Assembly: GCA_964016885.1 (NCBI GenBank)
Contig: OZ024746.1
Coordinates: forward strand, 36,890,001-36,954,000
Length of the DNA stretch: 64,000 bases
Reading direction: 5' to 3'
From: Eledone cirrhosa
Taxonomy: Eukaryota
Shown here piece by piece: positions 28,150 to 42,734 of the stretch (position 1 is its first letter; each line of letters starts with the position of its first letter). The notes beneath the pieces were generated by a model. It saw nothing but the letters and a program-made list of their open reading frames with translations, was not told the origin of the DNA and did not search any database. The position numbers and the translations under genes were made by a program.

Positions 28150-30044
28150 TTCTGAATTTGTTCAGCAAGATTCTTTATCTAAAAACATGTGTTGAGACCG
28201 TTATTGTTATGCTTTGGGAGGGCCATGTTGCCAATAAGAAACTCACGCAGAAGTTGCTTTCACTCCAATTTAAGAATTTATAAATTTCCGGTTGCTTGGT
28301 TGGTACCACAAATGGACGTTTGTTCATATATTGTCAATCTTTTTTCGTCACACATTATGTGACATCTTCAGTAATTGGGGATTATTTTCTTTGTTTTTGT
28401 GCCTCTCCTTTGTTCTGCCCTACGCCATCTTGTTTTTGCGTGAGTTGTGTGCTTAGTTTGCGCATGTGTTACATCCGGGTGCCTGTGTATTTATACTTGT
28501 TTATGTATTTGTTTATTTACATGTTACTGGTTGGTTGTTTGTTCTATGTGTGTGTGTTTGCCCTTAATTGTAAGTTGTGATGTTGCTATTCCATTCATGT
28601 TTTCCATTAAATTTTGGTTGGAGTTCATTTATGTTTATTGCCTCTGTGATTTGTCTAAACATTGCCTCTATTCTGTGTGTAGATTCTATTTTTATTTCTA
28701 TGTTCTCTAATTTACCCCATGTTCTATTTTAGCATGTTGGTGGAGTACAGATGATTCTTTTTTTATCTTGAAGCTCTCGCCAGTGTTCATTTATCCGTTC
28801 TGCTATACTACGAGCTGTCTCACTTATGTACACTTATTCTTATCTCTACATTGTCATTCAGTACATCTTTTGCTATATACTACATTTCTAGTTTTACAGT
28901 TAATATGGGGACTTATACATTTCTTATCTATACAGGGACGTCTTTGGAATTGTTATGTATTGCTAATAAGTGTTTTTATGGAGGTACCTGGTCTTTCTAC
29001 TATCTTAATATTGAGTTTATGTTTATCTAGGGCTCTTCTAAATGTGTAAGCTAATTCACTTCTAGGGGTTGTATCGAGGAACATTACCCTCTGGTATTTA
29101 TTGCTATATACCATGAGTTTATTCTATTAACCTTATCCCTAGTTCTTTCTATTCTATTCCAAAGTGTGCCCCTATACAAGGGGCATGTCCCATTTGTATC
29201 ATTATTTACCATTTTTTTCCATTTGCTTCTCGCTCCTCTATATACTCTGATTTTGTCTCTCTGATTGTAACCAGAGAACTGCATACGGTGGATGAAGTGT
29301 TGTATGTGTCTCTCTAGTTCTTTGGGGTTGCCCATGCGGGACACGTTTCTCATCACCCGTACTAAATCCCCAATCTGTATGTTGATTTTGGTGTGGTCCG
29401 AAACAGCTGAGTTTCGGTGGATCAGATATTTGGAAGTCATGGGTTTGGCATAATGGGGATGGATGATTTGTTTTTTGTTATTAATGGTTTCTAACCAGAG
29501 CTCTGTGTCTAGTAGATGTAATCGATGGCTGGGGTGTTTGCTTGGGTAGTTAATAGTAACTCTAATACTCTGGTGGATGGAGTTAGGTATTTGCTGGATG
29601 CTTTCCATGGTGTTTTTCTCTAATTCCTGACTGTTCTCTAGTGGGGGTGTTTTTACTACGATGTTTATATCATCAACATTGCTCTCACTGATCATTTCTA
29701 CGCATTTCTCCACAGCAAAATCAACGTCAATGGATGGATAAAGGGACACAACATCCATACTACCTATTATACAGTTAGTTAGGTCCCTAGATCGGTTACT
29801 TTCGCTCATTCTGCTGAGGAGGTCCTCCGTTCTGTCACATATATCTGGGACATTTCAATGATGAGGCGTATGATCAGGGAGAGGAAGTAGGAAAATCTGT
29901 AGTTACATGTTGTGCAACCAACCAACCAACCAATCGGAAATTTATAAAATCTTAAATTTATAAATCAATTTACAATAAATTGGAGTGAAAGCAACTGGTG
30001 CGTATGTTTCTTATTGGTAACATGACCCGCCCACCCCAAAGCAT

Positions 30045-30050
<6 letters not shown>
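28150..30050 (-). mobile_element. Penelope-like element, internally deleted RT plus degenerate GIY-YIG, with inverted terminal copy
   Basis: ORF 29084-29809: GSMDVVSLYPSID...VDD...LLDTELW...HYAKPMTSKYLIHRNSA...MQFSGY. Downstream NCKTRNVVY...GETARS..ER..EH...SVLHQH. 28203-28300 is repeated inverted at 29925-30050. Confidence 0.88.
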
Positions 30051-30114
<64 letters not shown>

Positions 30115-30761
30115 TGCAGGGGAGAGTAATACATTCACATATCTTATTAGCTCAGAATCTGATGGCATTAATATGTTTGATCCTCCAAGGGGAAATTATA
30201 CTTATGAGGTTTACACCCTAATTATAATTACATTCAGATCAATTAATCATTTATATATTGATTTCTCAAATTCATAAATTCGATAGATATGATTGATTTA
30301 ATTCAATTCAGTAATTCCTTGAAATTTATATTAGAAACTGAACTTGAATTCTGAAACATTTTCTCATTTTGCAACTACTAACGAAAGACTGTAGAATAAA
30401 CATAATAGACTACTTATACACTAAATATTAGAAATAACATTAATATAATGGACTAGTGCGTTTTATAACGTAGTCCAAAATGTAATCTTACACCTTCCGG
30501 CTAACGGAAACAAACACATTGACAAAAGAATCTCCGCATGACATATACTCACCTATACGAAATGTTCTGCGTCTAACTTTGTAAGCAATCAATACATGGA
30601 GCACGTTAGTGGATTGGGAGAAATGCCAGAGTACTTGTTTTGTTTCTTATTCTAAATTTAAAGCTTGTTGATATCAAAGTTACTTTCATCCTTCTGGGTG
30701 AATCAATTTTGCTTTTCTCATAAAACATGCTGACGATGGACTTAAATTGCAATGCAAATTA

Positions 30762-30900
30762 TGGGGCACGCAATACGTGGCTTAGATGTTAGAGAGGTTG
30801 GCTGCTCAGCATCGATAGGTCGCGACTTTGATTTCCAGTGGCGTGTTGTGTCTCTGAGTAATACACTTTACATCCAGCTTCCCAAATTGACTAACCTGGG
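30762..30900 (+). mobile_element. Degenerate tRNA-headed CORE-type SINE
   Basis: GTGGCTTAGATGTTAG head and GTGTTGTGTCTCTGAGTAATACACTTTA, similar to the 40975-41172 copy. Confidence 0.5.
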
Positions 30901-31080
30901 CAAATAAGTTATGTACCTGTAATTCACTAGCCGCTAAAATATCGTGAGTAGTTACTTTAAATTACACTTGTGTTTGGAATGATCAGCCATTTCCACGCAG
31001 ATTACTCACACAGAATGTTACGTAGAAAGTACAATCATGAATGTTTGACAACGGAATCGACGTAGTGTCTCTCTCACACG

Positions 31081-31115
<35 letters not shown>

Positions 31116-31199
31116 GCCCCAGCATGGCCTCAGCCGGATGGCTGAAACAGGTAAAAGAGTAAAAGAGTATATATATATATATAATATATATACACACAC

Positions 31200-31324
<125 letters not shown>

Positions 31325-31690
31325 CAGACACACACAAACACATATATATATATATATAAACATATGTTTAACATATGCAGGTAGATATTGAATGTCATAG
31401 CACTAAAAACGTAGACACCAGCAACGTATTAATTCTACATAAGCAACACATCACGCACTTGACATTGAAACAAAAAACAAAACGATAAACAGCGCATATG
31501 AAATATATACCCCAGTCTCTATAATAATACAACTCCCATTACACGTACTGTATCTACACAACGGACATTATATCACCAGAAAGAGCAAGCTAAACACAAT
31601 AAACAAAGAAAACTAATGTAGTATATTATCAGTTATATACACAAACCTGCCTGCATCTCCAAAGTAAAAGAAGTAAAATAAAAACACACA

Positions 31691-32320
31691 ATGGGATACA
31701 TACCATATAAACATGGAATGGCATCTGGGAATGCTATGGAAACTCACGAGGAATATTTGAAAGAAAAAATACTAATAGCAAAAGTATTCCTTTTTCGTGA
31801 ATCGTTACCTTCGACTACCAGCTCTCAAAGTGTGGCGCTGTTTGTCTATTGCTCTAATATTTATATTTGTATTGTTAGTATTTCTAATCCTTTTAGACAT
31901 TGCAGATACAGTGGTTATTATTCCCCGAACTACTCATAACTCAGCGTATCCAATTAAATACATGGATAGAATACACTGCGACGCTCCGACGACTGCCAAT
32001 TTGCGGCCTCTTCTATTGACTAACAATTCTGTAATTACGTATGGTTGAATCGATAACGAAAATATGACTAGCAGAGAATCAAATATAAAAATGCGACAAT
32101 TAGGTTTTAGCTGCTTTTTTCACACTCTTGACATTCAATTTCGTATTCCGATGTAATATTCTACCCAATATTAAACGAACAAATATCATCATCACCATTT
32201 TATCGATAATAATATATTTATCACTACATATGTGTTCGACACTTTATTGGATTGCGCACTACTATTCGCCATATGTAGCAATAGCTGAAATATATATCGA
32301 TTACTTGCATTGACACTTGA
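31691..32320 (+). pseudogene. Decayed putative membrane protein gene
   Basis: Overlapping ORFs 31691-31939 and 31797-32048. The latter has the hydrophobic segment LSIALIFIFVLLVFLILL. Confidence 0.3.
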
Positions 32321-32701
32321 TGATAAGTTTGTCATAAGTGGATGAAGTTCATGCAATACAATAAAAAATAAACTCCATGGAATCCTGGTATTGTATCTTC
32401 ATGATCATAATTCGGAGATAATATATTGATCCAGACATAACACAAAGAGACCTTGATAATGTTAGTCATTCGGTTCGGTTATCTGTTTTATGTTTGTTTT
32501 AATTTTTATTTCATTTTTTTTTTATGTTTGATGTTCCCAAGTAGTTTTAGATTGAAAAGTGTGAAAGTCCGCAACGTATTATTTTGCTTTTACTCTTTTA
32601 CAATTTTCACTCATTGAACTTTGGCCATGCCTTAATGTAGTAGATCATATACATGATAATAATGTATTATTCCCTCTGTGTATCTGTATAAGTATATGTT
32701 T

Positions 32702-32784
<83 letters not shown>

Positions 32785-33170
32785 GAAAAGAGAGAGAGAG
32801 GGTGCAGAAGGGAAGAGGTGTGTGGTGTACGAGGCTGCATACTCTCAGGTATCTTTTCAGTATGACAACGAGTGCATTGAACATTGAAATAAACATGACC
32901 AAAAGTATATATATTATTTCACAATTCTGCATACCTTAACACAGGCAACAGCATACCTGATCAGTTTCAAAGACACGTGGCTCTCCACCTGCAACATTAT
33001 AACAGATTCCCGAAATGATAGATTTTAGACAAATATCTTGTACTACTAATTCCATCGTTCTCCGTTTTGATGCTTAGTTTTACTCTTCTCTTCAGTTATT
33101 CCTCCCCATTTGTTTTGGGCAGTCCCTCCTGGTTCTTGTTGCTGACTTCAGCATCATCATTATTAGTGTT

Positions 33171-33356
33171 GGCGGGGGATTGGCAGTATCGGTATAGAGT
33201 CGGACACCATGCTTTGAAGCACAGAGTTACGTCCCTTTATGATCTGAGTTCAAACCCCGCCGAGGTTAACTTTGCCTTTCATCCTTACGGGGTCGATAAA
33301 ATAAAGTACCAGTAATGCACTGGGTATTTGCTGGCCTTGTGCCAAAAGTAGAAACA
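33171..33356 (+). mobile_element. Nin/Deu-type SINE, full length, with TSD
   Basis: Full consensus. TSD ATTATTAGTGTT at 33159-33170 and 33357-33368. Confidence 0.92.
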
Positions 33357-36300
33357 ATTATTAGTGTTGTTACTATTATAAATGTTTCTACATTTGGCTC
33401 AAATATTATGATAATAAAAAAGCCGATTAGAATTTAACTACAGCAAGATGAATAAGGATACGCCTCATATCAATGTAATATCTGGTTCTACCTGCTAGAA
33501 TGTTCTCTTTGGTATGATCTGTAGTGTACTAGTAAGACTACTTTTCTTCGTTTGTTGCCTAAACACGTAATTTATACATACAAATCATAGCGAGAGCCGA
33601 ATCACCCACACCCTCCCATTCCCCATACGTCTGTGTTAAAAACGTACGTGATGTGTTGCTTATGTAGAATTAATATGTTGCGGGTGTCTACGTTTTTATG
33701 TGTGTCTTGTTTTGGGTTTTTAAGGTGTAGCCTGCACTATTTATTTGTGTAATAATGTTTCTTTTACTACGTGCCTATGGTTTAAATTGTATATTGAATG
33801 TCAAGATTGTACTAATTGTTTTGTGCTATTGAATCGATAACGGGTTTTCCATTATTTTCGCTGTTTCGAGCAGAGGTATTTTTTAGCTTCCATAATTTTT
33901 GTTTAAATTTCTTTCATACAATATAGTGAATCAGGTGTTTATGGCAATGTTTCAAACATTATGATCCATATCCTGTTTATTACAATTACGAGAAACTTTT
34001 ATTTTGTCAGTTTTCCCCAAAAAATTATTTTGGGCACAAGCGACTATAATCCCTATATATGTGCATTAACATTTTCAGTTGTGTCGACAGATGTTGGATT
34101 TGTGCAGTGAGAATTACACCTGTTTCAGATTTTAGTTGAAGGCTTTTCTTTCAATGTTGAGTTTCGTTTGGGAATTATGTTTTAAATGTTGAGTCTTGCG
34201 CGGGTTTTCTAACCATTATTTGTACGTCATATACTGCAATTCCATGTTAATATTCTTTTTGTTCTCAGTGCCATTTTATGTTGTATTCTTGGCATCAATA
34301 TCTATCGTTTTCATGTGGTTAGTGTCCCTTTTTAATCATTTCTTGTAGTTTATAATTTATTTAATTTCATTTTTTATTGTATTTACCAATGATGATGTTA
34401 GCTTAACGATTATAGAATTTCTATGGTTGTTTTAGAGTGATTTTCCATTTTTATCCAATCAGACATCACTTGGAAGCAGACTAGATGTATTATAAACATT
34501 CGAAGTTAACATTTAGATATAACAGGATAGTTTAATCAGTATTCTTCGTATATGAACAGTGGGTGTAGTATACGTTGCTGAATTGGAGCAAGAGCCCTTT
34601 TGGTATGCATCGTAGACTTACTCAAAATATGTTTGACAAAACTTTGAATAACTTATATATGTTTACACATAAATAGATTATACAGGAATGAGAGAAGAAC
34701 ATATATCAGGGGCACGTGGGTGGGTGGTAAATTATACACCCTTATCAAGACAATACGTCTCAGATGTGTAGCACGGAGAAGACGTGAACAATGTCATAAC
34801 TACTGCATCAGCCATTTAACCTCACGGGACTCATTGGTAAGTTGAGATGCCTTGCCAACCATTCTGCAGTAGAAAATTGCAGAACTGTGATCGAGGACAA
34901 TGGAGTCACGATTGTGACTGGCACAAAAGGGAAGCAGTCATGTTCTCGTATCCTATAAATACGTATTTCTCTGATTAATTTTATAAATTCGGTCGGGCCT
35001 TTTTAAAAGAAAGTTACGTAAACCATTCATCAGTCATCTCATTTTCAAAACAGTAAGACATTATTTAACGGAAATGTCTCAGCTATTTCAACATAATTCA
35101 GCGACAAAATAGAGACTCATTTATTGGATCACATCTGACTATTCTCGCCGAATAAAAAGTCAATCCATCGTTAGTTAGATATGACATGAGATTATGAAAT
35201 AAAGATAAAGTAATGATATATTGATTGTGTCCTATCAGATACAACTTCTTGCTATAAACCAATATCGTGGATATTTTAACTATAGAAGAACAACTTAATA
35301 TCTACTGTTGTGAACATGCCTGTATAAACTTGATCAAATATACAATGTCACAAAAGTGATATGAATTCAAAATCGAACAACATTCTTCCTGTAATACTTA
35401 TTTTTGTCACATATATTCGTTGTTGTTTATTTCAGTTTCTAGCTTGCCGTAACCACGGAAAATAATGACCTATGTTCAAAGAATAGTTCATGTGATCTTC
35501 CCGTATGTAAAAGAAATGTGCCTGGAATTTACAGAAGATTAGGCAGCTAAACTGTGGTCTCTGAGTTATGAATTTGTAATCTTAAATACAAATTTCTTGC
35601 TGCTACAGCTAATGTGAATCACAGAAAGTTACTTATAGCTTGTTATTAAATTCAAGAGAGAGATCAGATTACGTTGGCGCTAATTCAAATTACGCCATGT
35701 CCGAAATATTATCGAAATATTACGTTTTTGTTAATTCACCGCTTTTCCCACCGACAACAATAACGGAAAATGTAAATATTTTTCTTCATTACTAAAGACA
35801 TGCACAACAAAATTATGTATGACGCTAACACCTCGGAACTATCTATCATCACGAAAGCGATTTGCTTCCCAATGATTTGCTGGAAAAGTGATTTGCTACA
35901 CATGGCTCTCCTAGAATAGAGCCTCTGATATATCCGAGAGTCTATAGGAAATAACACATTTTTTCGAAATTCAGTATGAAAATGAATTCTTTTATGTCAT
36001 GTGCCAATAATTAATCTACTTATTACTGCTTGATACGTCATCTTTTAAATGTTGGTCCCAATACAGTAGAGATAAATGATCGGTGCACATTGGTATCAAT
36101 TCCAAGTCCAGAATGTACATTTTACTGGAGAGCGGTATAGGTGTACCAGAGACCAAGAATAAATTATTTTAGTTGGAACCAATACAAATCTATAAATTCA
36201 ATTTTAGCTTAATCTACTCAAGCTGGTTCCTACCTACAATAAATAACATAGAGAGCAAAGAGCGATAAAAAAGAATGATTTCCCTGAACGTTTCCAGAAA

Positions 36301-37254
36301 GTGGTATATTTGCAAATAAAACTGCCTCTACCAATACACGTATGCATACACATAACTGAAACGTAACAGGATACTTATATATGCGACAAATACAATTCAT
36401 AGAGAAACTGTCTACCTACAAACTGGCTACTTCTCTACACAACTTTTAAATTAACAATTGTATATACTACATTTATTGGTGGTTTTGAATATACAATATG
36501 CTGCCGTTTACTGGTTAAAAGGATAGAGATAGGCTAACATACAATTTGTAATTTGAAGCACTTGTCATTGCTTCAATATTGTAACATCTAAGTGATAAAT
36601 GATTTCGTTTATTTAAACTGCATATTGAACGTCAACATATTTCAGTTATTAGTGGCTTGCTATGCTGTGTCTATTATCATTACTCCTTATAAAAATATAT
36701 GCATCGAAATAAATATGGATAAAGTTCTAGCTTCCGAGTGAATCAACACAATTCTGTTTCAATCTAAAAAATATGTTTTGCAGTTTTGAAAGCTTCTCTA
36801 TATTCTATATATCAAATATAAAATCTTTGAGAATCTGATGACGGTTTTAAGTGATATTAACATTAATTCACTCAACGTTGTTTTGTGAAACAGTGAATTA
36901 TAACTTTCTAATAAGAAAATCATTATCCGTAGATTATATTTGTTAAGGCCTAAATCTGAAGTAGAATGCTAATTCAAAATATATTCTTGATAAAACTATA
37001 GTGAAACTTATTTCATGCTGTAATATGAAAGGAATAATATCAGTGGGTATATAGCAGCAAGTATTCGAGAAAAAAATAGCAGCTAATGTCGAAACAGCAG
37101 TATCACTAGACAGAAGAATACAATTATGTCTGAATATTGCAAGCGTGAAAGAAAAACTGTGTCTGCAAATCAGGAAATAAGCTATTTACTAACGTATTAA
37201 TTCAATTATATTGTTTTCTGGGATTTCCTTTTGCATCCGGTATACTGTATTATA

Positions 37255-37442
37255 ATTGTTTTTAATTTTGGCACAAAGCCAGCAATTATCCCAGTGCATT
37301 ACTGGTACTTTATTTTATCGACCCCGTAAGGATGAAAGGCAAAGTCAACCCCGGCGGGATTTGAACTCAGACCATAAAGGGCCGTAACGCTTTGCTGGAA
37401 AGCATGGCGTTCGACCCTCTACCGATACTGCCAATCCAACTC
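37255..37442 (-). mobile_element. Nin/Deu-type SINE, full length
   Basis: Reverse complement of the consensus, flanked by a TATTATAAT duplication. Confidence 0.92.
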
Positions 37443-37482
37443 TATTATAATGATCAACAATCATTCAATGCAAGATTTAGTT

Positions 37483-38520
37483 TACAATATTAATCCTTAT
37501 AATCTTATCGGAGCTGATATGGCAGAAGCAAATGGTTTTCCTGTTTAAACCATTCAGAAACAATATTATGAGGATAACATCTCAGCTGCTATGAATATAA
37601 TGAACAGTTGTGAAGAGTTGTACAAAGAGAACAAATGTAGTTCAGACTGTCCGGAAATAATACTTAGCCACGGTGACATGTTTCGAATTTTTTCAATGAA
37701 ACAGAATTTTAAAGATCCCTAAAATTCCTGTTGTGATCTCGTACTTGTCTGAGAATCAATATTATACGCAATTTACAAAAGTGACTTCGAGGTAAATATT
37801 ACATTGCTAAATTTACTTGCAACCCTTCTGTGGGCGATAAGAAATACATCAAGCCCCTATTCAGAGAAAACTTTTCTAGTGTTTTCATTTTTATTTTAAT
37901 TAGTTCGTTTAGATGCAATCCTATTATCAAATAACATACGTCCTGATATAGCCTTTCAGGATATGGGATTAGTCCTTGAATATGAAATATTTCAGTTTTG
38001 TCTTAGAACATATAATGAAGCAAAATATATCGCTGAATATCTACTTACGTCAATTTAAATGATTTTACAGTATACTGTAATAATATAAGTATGAGGGGAG
38101 GTAATTAATTGGGAAACGGTATATCAGAGAATATACAATAAATTCAATATACATGAAATTAGATGCTATATACCCTAGCATATAAATCAGTGTTATTCAG
38201 TCATTGGTCACAGGAAAATCACGAGAGATAAAGTGTACATGTTTCGGGCTAATTGACTATTTTTATACAAGCACCCGTATGATCCAGTCCACGGAATCAC
38301 GGATATTCATACATATTTTTTATCAAATAGAAACACGTTCTTAACTGAAATAGCCGTATTTCTGATTACAAACATGTCCCGATTTGTGATTGATATATTG
38401 GGACGCGGAAATGCTCAACACGAAAAACCTTTAACGTAACTGCTAGCAAAACTATAAGAAGAAATGAGGCCAGTAAATGCGGCACGTTTCAAGAACCTGT
38501 AACAGCCTTTCTTCTACATT
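37483..38520 (+). pseudogene. Long decayed reading frame, unknown product
   Basis: By manual translation, one frame of about 345 codons has about 12 stops, fewer than expected at this AT content. Examples: VRLDAILLSNNIRPDIAFQDMGLVLEYEIFQFCLRTY and YKHPYDPVHGITDIHTYFLSNRNTFLTEIAVFLITNMSRFVIDILGRG. Confidence 0.45.
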
Positions 38521-39699
38521 CATTAAAAAAAAATGTGAATGTAGACTGAGCATATATATATATATATATTTATATATGTATGTTCAGTCTACATTCACAT
38601 TTTTTTAAATGAATGTAGAAGAAAGGGTGATCCTTGGAGGGTTCCGTGATCGCCGAAGTAGTTACAAATATATAATCACTTACAGAGTAGCAATACCATG
38701 TACATAATGATTTATTTTAAGTATTTGCATATGTTTCATGGGCGTATTTGGAAGACCATCTGGAAGTCACTAACCCCAATAATCTAACGGGAAAAATCGA
38801 ATTCAAATACGGTGTAATATTGTTTTAACAAAAAAATTGTCAAAACAGAATAACGACTTGTATTAGGGAGGACCTTATCAGATGGGTAGGCGTGTAGATG
38901 GGAAAAGAGTAGACATAAACGAGGAGAAAGACATTAAAATATAGAAATGAAAGAACGAACAAAAGAAAACCAGTTATTAAGAGTATATATAGAGAGAGAG
39001 TTCATAGTAGAGATTAAAAGTTTTTGGTGTTTGGTGAGTGGGTTATCTTGTTGGGCGTGGGAAGTCAGAGTCGGTGGGGTTGGTTGCTGATACGCTTACG
39101 AGGTGATTTGTTTTCCTCCGAAAAAAAATGTATTTCTCAACCGGAGAATATATTCTTCGGCCGAGTCGAAGAGGTGAAGTGTAAGTTACTTGGACCTGGA
39201 GGATACTCTTTCGGATGTCAAAATTATACCAATATACTCAAACACTTACACCGTCCACCAATATAATTTATCTCTATATTCCTGTCTATCAGTAAATCAG
39301 TTTACTAATCAAAATCACATTTAAATCACAGAAAGATAAAACAATATCACGGAATGGTGAAGTTTTCAACAATTGTAAAATGTACATAGACAAATGACAG
39401 GTCGTAACACTACACCTACAATATAGAAACACAACCACAAAAGTTACTCATTACAATACTTTCATAGACATGGCACACGAGATAATATGATGTAAAGGTT
39501 TTAAGTTCTTCTTTTAATAATCACATTGTAAACTGTTTGAAATACGTTCTTATTCTACGTTCACTTCCACCACCTACACACAGGTATAAAATCACACACA
39601 CACGCACATACACAGAGCCGAGAAAAATACCTTCATAATTAATTTCCTAAATATTCCAATAATTCCCTTCGAAATTTGGAATTATAAGATAATAGACTC

Positions 39700-39777
<78 letters not shown>

Positions 39778-39782
<5 letters not shown>

Positions 39783-40130
39783 GTGAGGTTTTTTTTACAA
39801 TATGAAAAATAACCGAGGTGTCCTACATGAGTGAAAGTATAAAGAATAAAAGATGAAATCGAAAATGCAACTGGAGTCTTATTTAAAAAAAATATATATA
39901 TATTTATTTGGTTCGTTTACCGGTTTCGCAGTTCTTCTGCTTTTCAAAAGTGAAGTTGAGATGGAGGGTCTGTGGTTTTTCTCACATCTGATGTGAGAAA
40001 AACAACAGACCCTCCATCTCAACTCTACTTTTGAAAAGCAGAAGACTTGCGAAACTGGTAAAGGAACCAAATACATATATATATATATATTTTAAATAAG
40101 ACTCCAGTTGCATTTTCGATTTCATCCTTT
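39778..40130 (-). mobile_element. Fold-back palindromic cassette, family D
   Basis: About 280-bp near-perfect palindrome 39848-40130 centred on 39989, containing GCGAAACTGGTA. One-sided tail 39778-39847. (TA)n flanks. Confidence 0.75.
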
Positions 40131-40152
40131 TTTCTATATATATATATATATA

Positions 40153-40341
40153 GGTGAAGAGTCAGGACCCGACGGAAGATTTCAAGCTGTTTCGACGACT
40201 ATTTCTGGACTCTTTCAGTCAAGAAGTACCCGTCGAAACGGCTTAAGCTCTGACTCTTTTCCTATTACCCATTATACTACCCAAAGTATCGAATACTCTG
40301 GTGCGTTAGGGTATATATGGTTTCTGACCACACTACCTTCG

Positions 40342-40345
<4 letters not shown>
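40153..40345 (+). mobile_element. PLE-type fold-back cassette, family A
   Basis: AAGAGTCAG...TTTCGACG and CGTCGAAAC...CTGACTCTT arms, followed by the family-A tail. Confidence 0.75.
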
Positions 40346-40392
<47 letters not shown>

Positions 40393-40453
40393 GATATGTG
40401 TGTGTATGTGTGTATGTGTGTATGTGTGTATCTGTGTGTGTGTGCGTGTGTGT

Positions 40454-40493
<40 letters not shown>

Positions 40494-40974
40494 GGGTGTG
40501 TGTGTGTACATATTCGGTTGATGTTGGATGGCTGCAATGATTGGTAGTTCTAGTTAATAGCCGTCGATAATGTTAAAAACAAGACCACTCGAGACGTGGC
40601 ATCTCGTGGCTGGTCGACGAAAGGAGGTAAATACACAGTGCAGAGGATGTCTATCACAGTGTACGCATCACTGGATTATCCGCCTCCTTATATTTTGCCG
40701 GAATCCAGTAGTGAATTCTGAACTGAATCTGCTAATATTTTAAAACTTATATGTTCATTACACCTGTAGACATTACCGATTATGCTCCATCATGGTCTCA
40801 TGATGGAGCATAGAAATACGTATTTTTTACTCAAAGAGTACATTGCAATGTCACCTTTCAATAAATATATGGAACAGCTGGCAGTAAAAATTGTTACTTA
40901 CACAAAAATAGGAAAGTGATAGAAGTGTTCGAGTATATATATCTATATATATATATATGGATCGATCGACTTTC

Positions 40975-41172
40975 GTCAAATCGGACCGAGGAAACAATGT
41001 TTCCGTCGGTCTTTCCAGTTGCTAGTACTATCTATCGGTCGCAACTCCCGGTAGAAAGAACAACGTGAAATAAAGTGTCTTGCCCAAGGACATAACGCAT
41101 CGTACGTTCCACGAATCGAACTCACAACCTGAAGGTTGTGAATCCAATTCTCTAACCACTCAGCCACACGCC
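40975..41172 (-). mobile_element. tRNA-headed CORE-type SINE
   Basis: Minus strand: A-box TGGCTGAGTGG, B-box GAGTTCGATTC, then TGTCCTTGGGCAAGACACTTTATTTC. Confidence 0.8.
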
Positions 41173-42677
41173 TTTACATATATACACATATTATTGCGAG
41201 GTACTAAACCTCTTTAAACTTGAGTTTCGCCTGTAAACTCAAAGCATAATAAGAAAAAGGCGCGCTGATATGTGTAACATTACTTAGCCTTCGTACATTT
41301 TCCTTCGTGGTTTTATTGTCATTAATATCTTTCAATCAATCATTTTTAGACTGCATTAATCGGATTCTTGATATATTTTGTTTGTAGTTTCCATATATAT
41401 TTCGTTTTTCTTAGCAATTGTACATTTTTATATCTCTTTCCATACTTGTCATTTCATTGCAGTATTTTTTGCAATGTTATCTCAGTTTTCAATGTTGTAT
41501 ATATATGTGCTACCTAAACTATTTTCATGCTTCATTAATTATCAAGGAAAATCATGAAATATAGTCTGAATTACTTCCTTTTGTTTTTGGTGCATTTCTA
41601 TTCTGCTAATGGGTGTGCCTTACAATATTCAGTAGACGCTTCTTATTACTTATGTGTATGTTTGTGTTGATTCAATTTAATTTAAAACAAAATGATCATG
41701 AAATAAGATAAAGCTATATTTTATGCACATGATTACACACAACCTGCACACATATATTTGCATATATTCATAGTATATAATGTTTCTACGGTACTTATTT
41801 CTAATGTGTACCGCTATTCCCTAAATCTCTAATAAAGTAGTTATAATTCATCTGATTACTTGCACGTTCTTTATCACAAATCTGTACTGAGGTTTATTCG
41901 TTGGCTTATTGTCGGTTGTTATTCTTTTTTTCTTTTTTTGTTTGTGCATAGGGGCATTGGTGCTGAAGACGTTGGTGGAGGTAATACTAGATTAGAAAAC
42001 TGAAGATAGATCTCAACAATACAACGTTTCAGCAAGTTACACATTTCTCTCTCTCACTCTATTCGTCTTTCCCTCTCTCTCTTTATCATGTTTTTCTTAC
42101 TCTCTTTTATGCTTACTCTCTTTCCTCATCTATCTTTCACTCTAACCTCTCCCTTTTTCTCATTCTTTTTCCCTGAGTTTCAGCATACCTTTTTAAGTCG
42201 AAGAGCTAGCTTACCAAAATGTGATACAAAAATACGGCAAAAATACAGATTTCAAGTGGTTCGTTTAGTATGTGATATCTCTATGTCTCTTGTTGTATTG
42301 TATTGTTGTTGAAACTGTTGGATTTAAGGGTTTTAATAAAGTCGTTCTTGATCACCATTTTGCTGTTTGTGCTCTTGTGATGTCAGTTAAAAATGTCACA
42401 TCATATAACGTATTCACGATTGCATACGAGTTTCGATTTTATGTTTTTTTGATTTCTGTGACGTCGGTGCTAACTATATCTCATGCAATAAACTGTACCT
42501 ATATATAATAGAAAACGAAAAATCAGTGAAGTATCTGATCAATTTATTGTGTGTTGTAAATGTTTCTACTCTATGATACTCTGTTCTGTAAGAGCATAGA
42601 GTGCTCAACCGAGATACCGCCTATGGAAGCATCTTAGTTACCATCAGACACACACACACACACACACATACATACAT

Positions 42678-42734
<57 letters not shown>

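Noticed and set aside
36120-36165. Minus-strand FLVSGTPIP resembling helicase motif III
   Set aside because: It is isolated, and no neighbouring helicase motifs could be read.
41095-41172. tRNA-like sequence with A and B boxes
   Set aside because: No complete cloverleaf. It is the head of a SINE, as are the other B-box hits.
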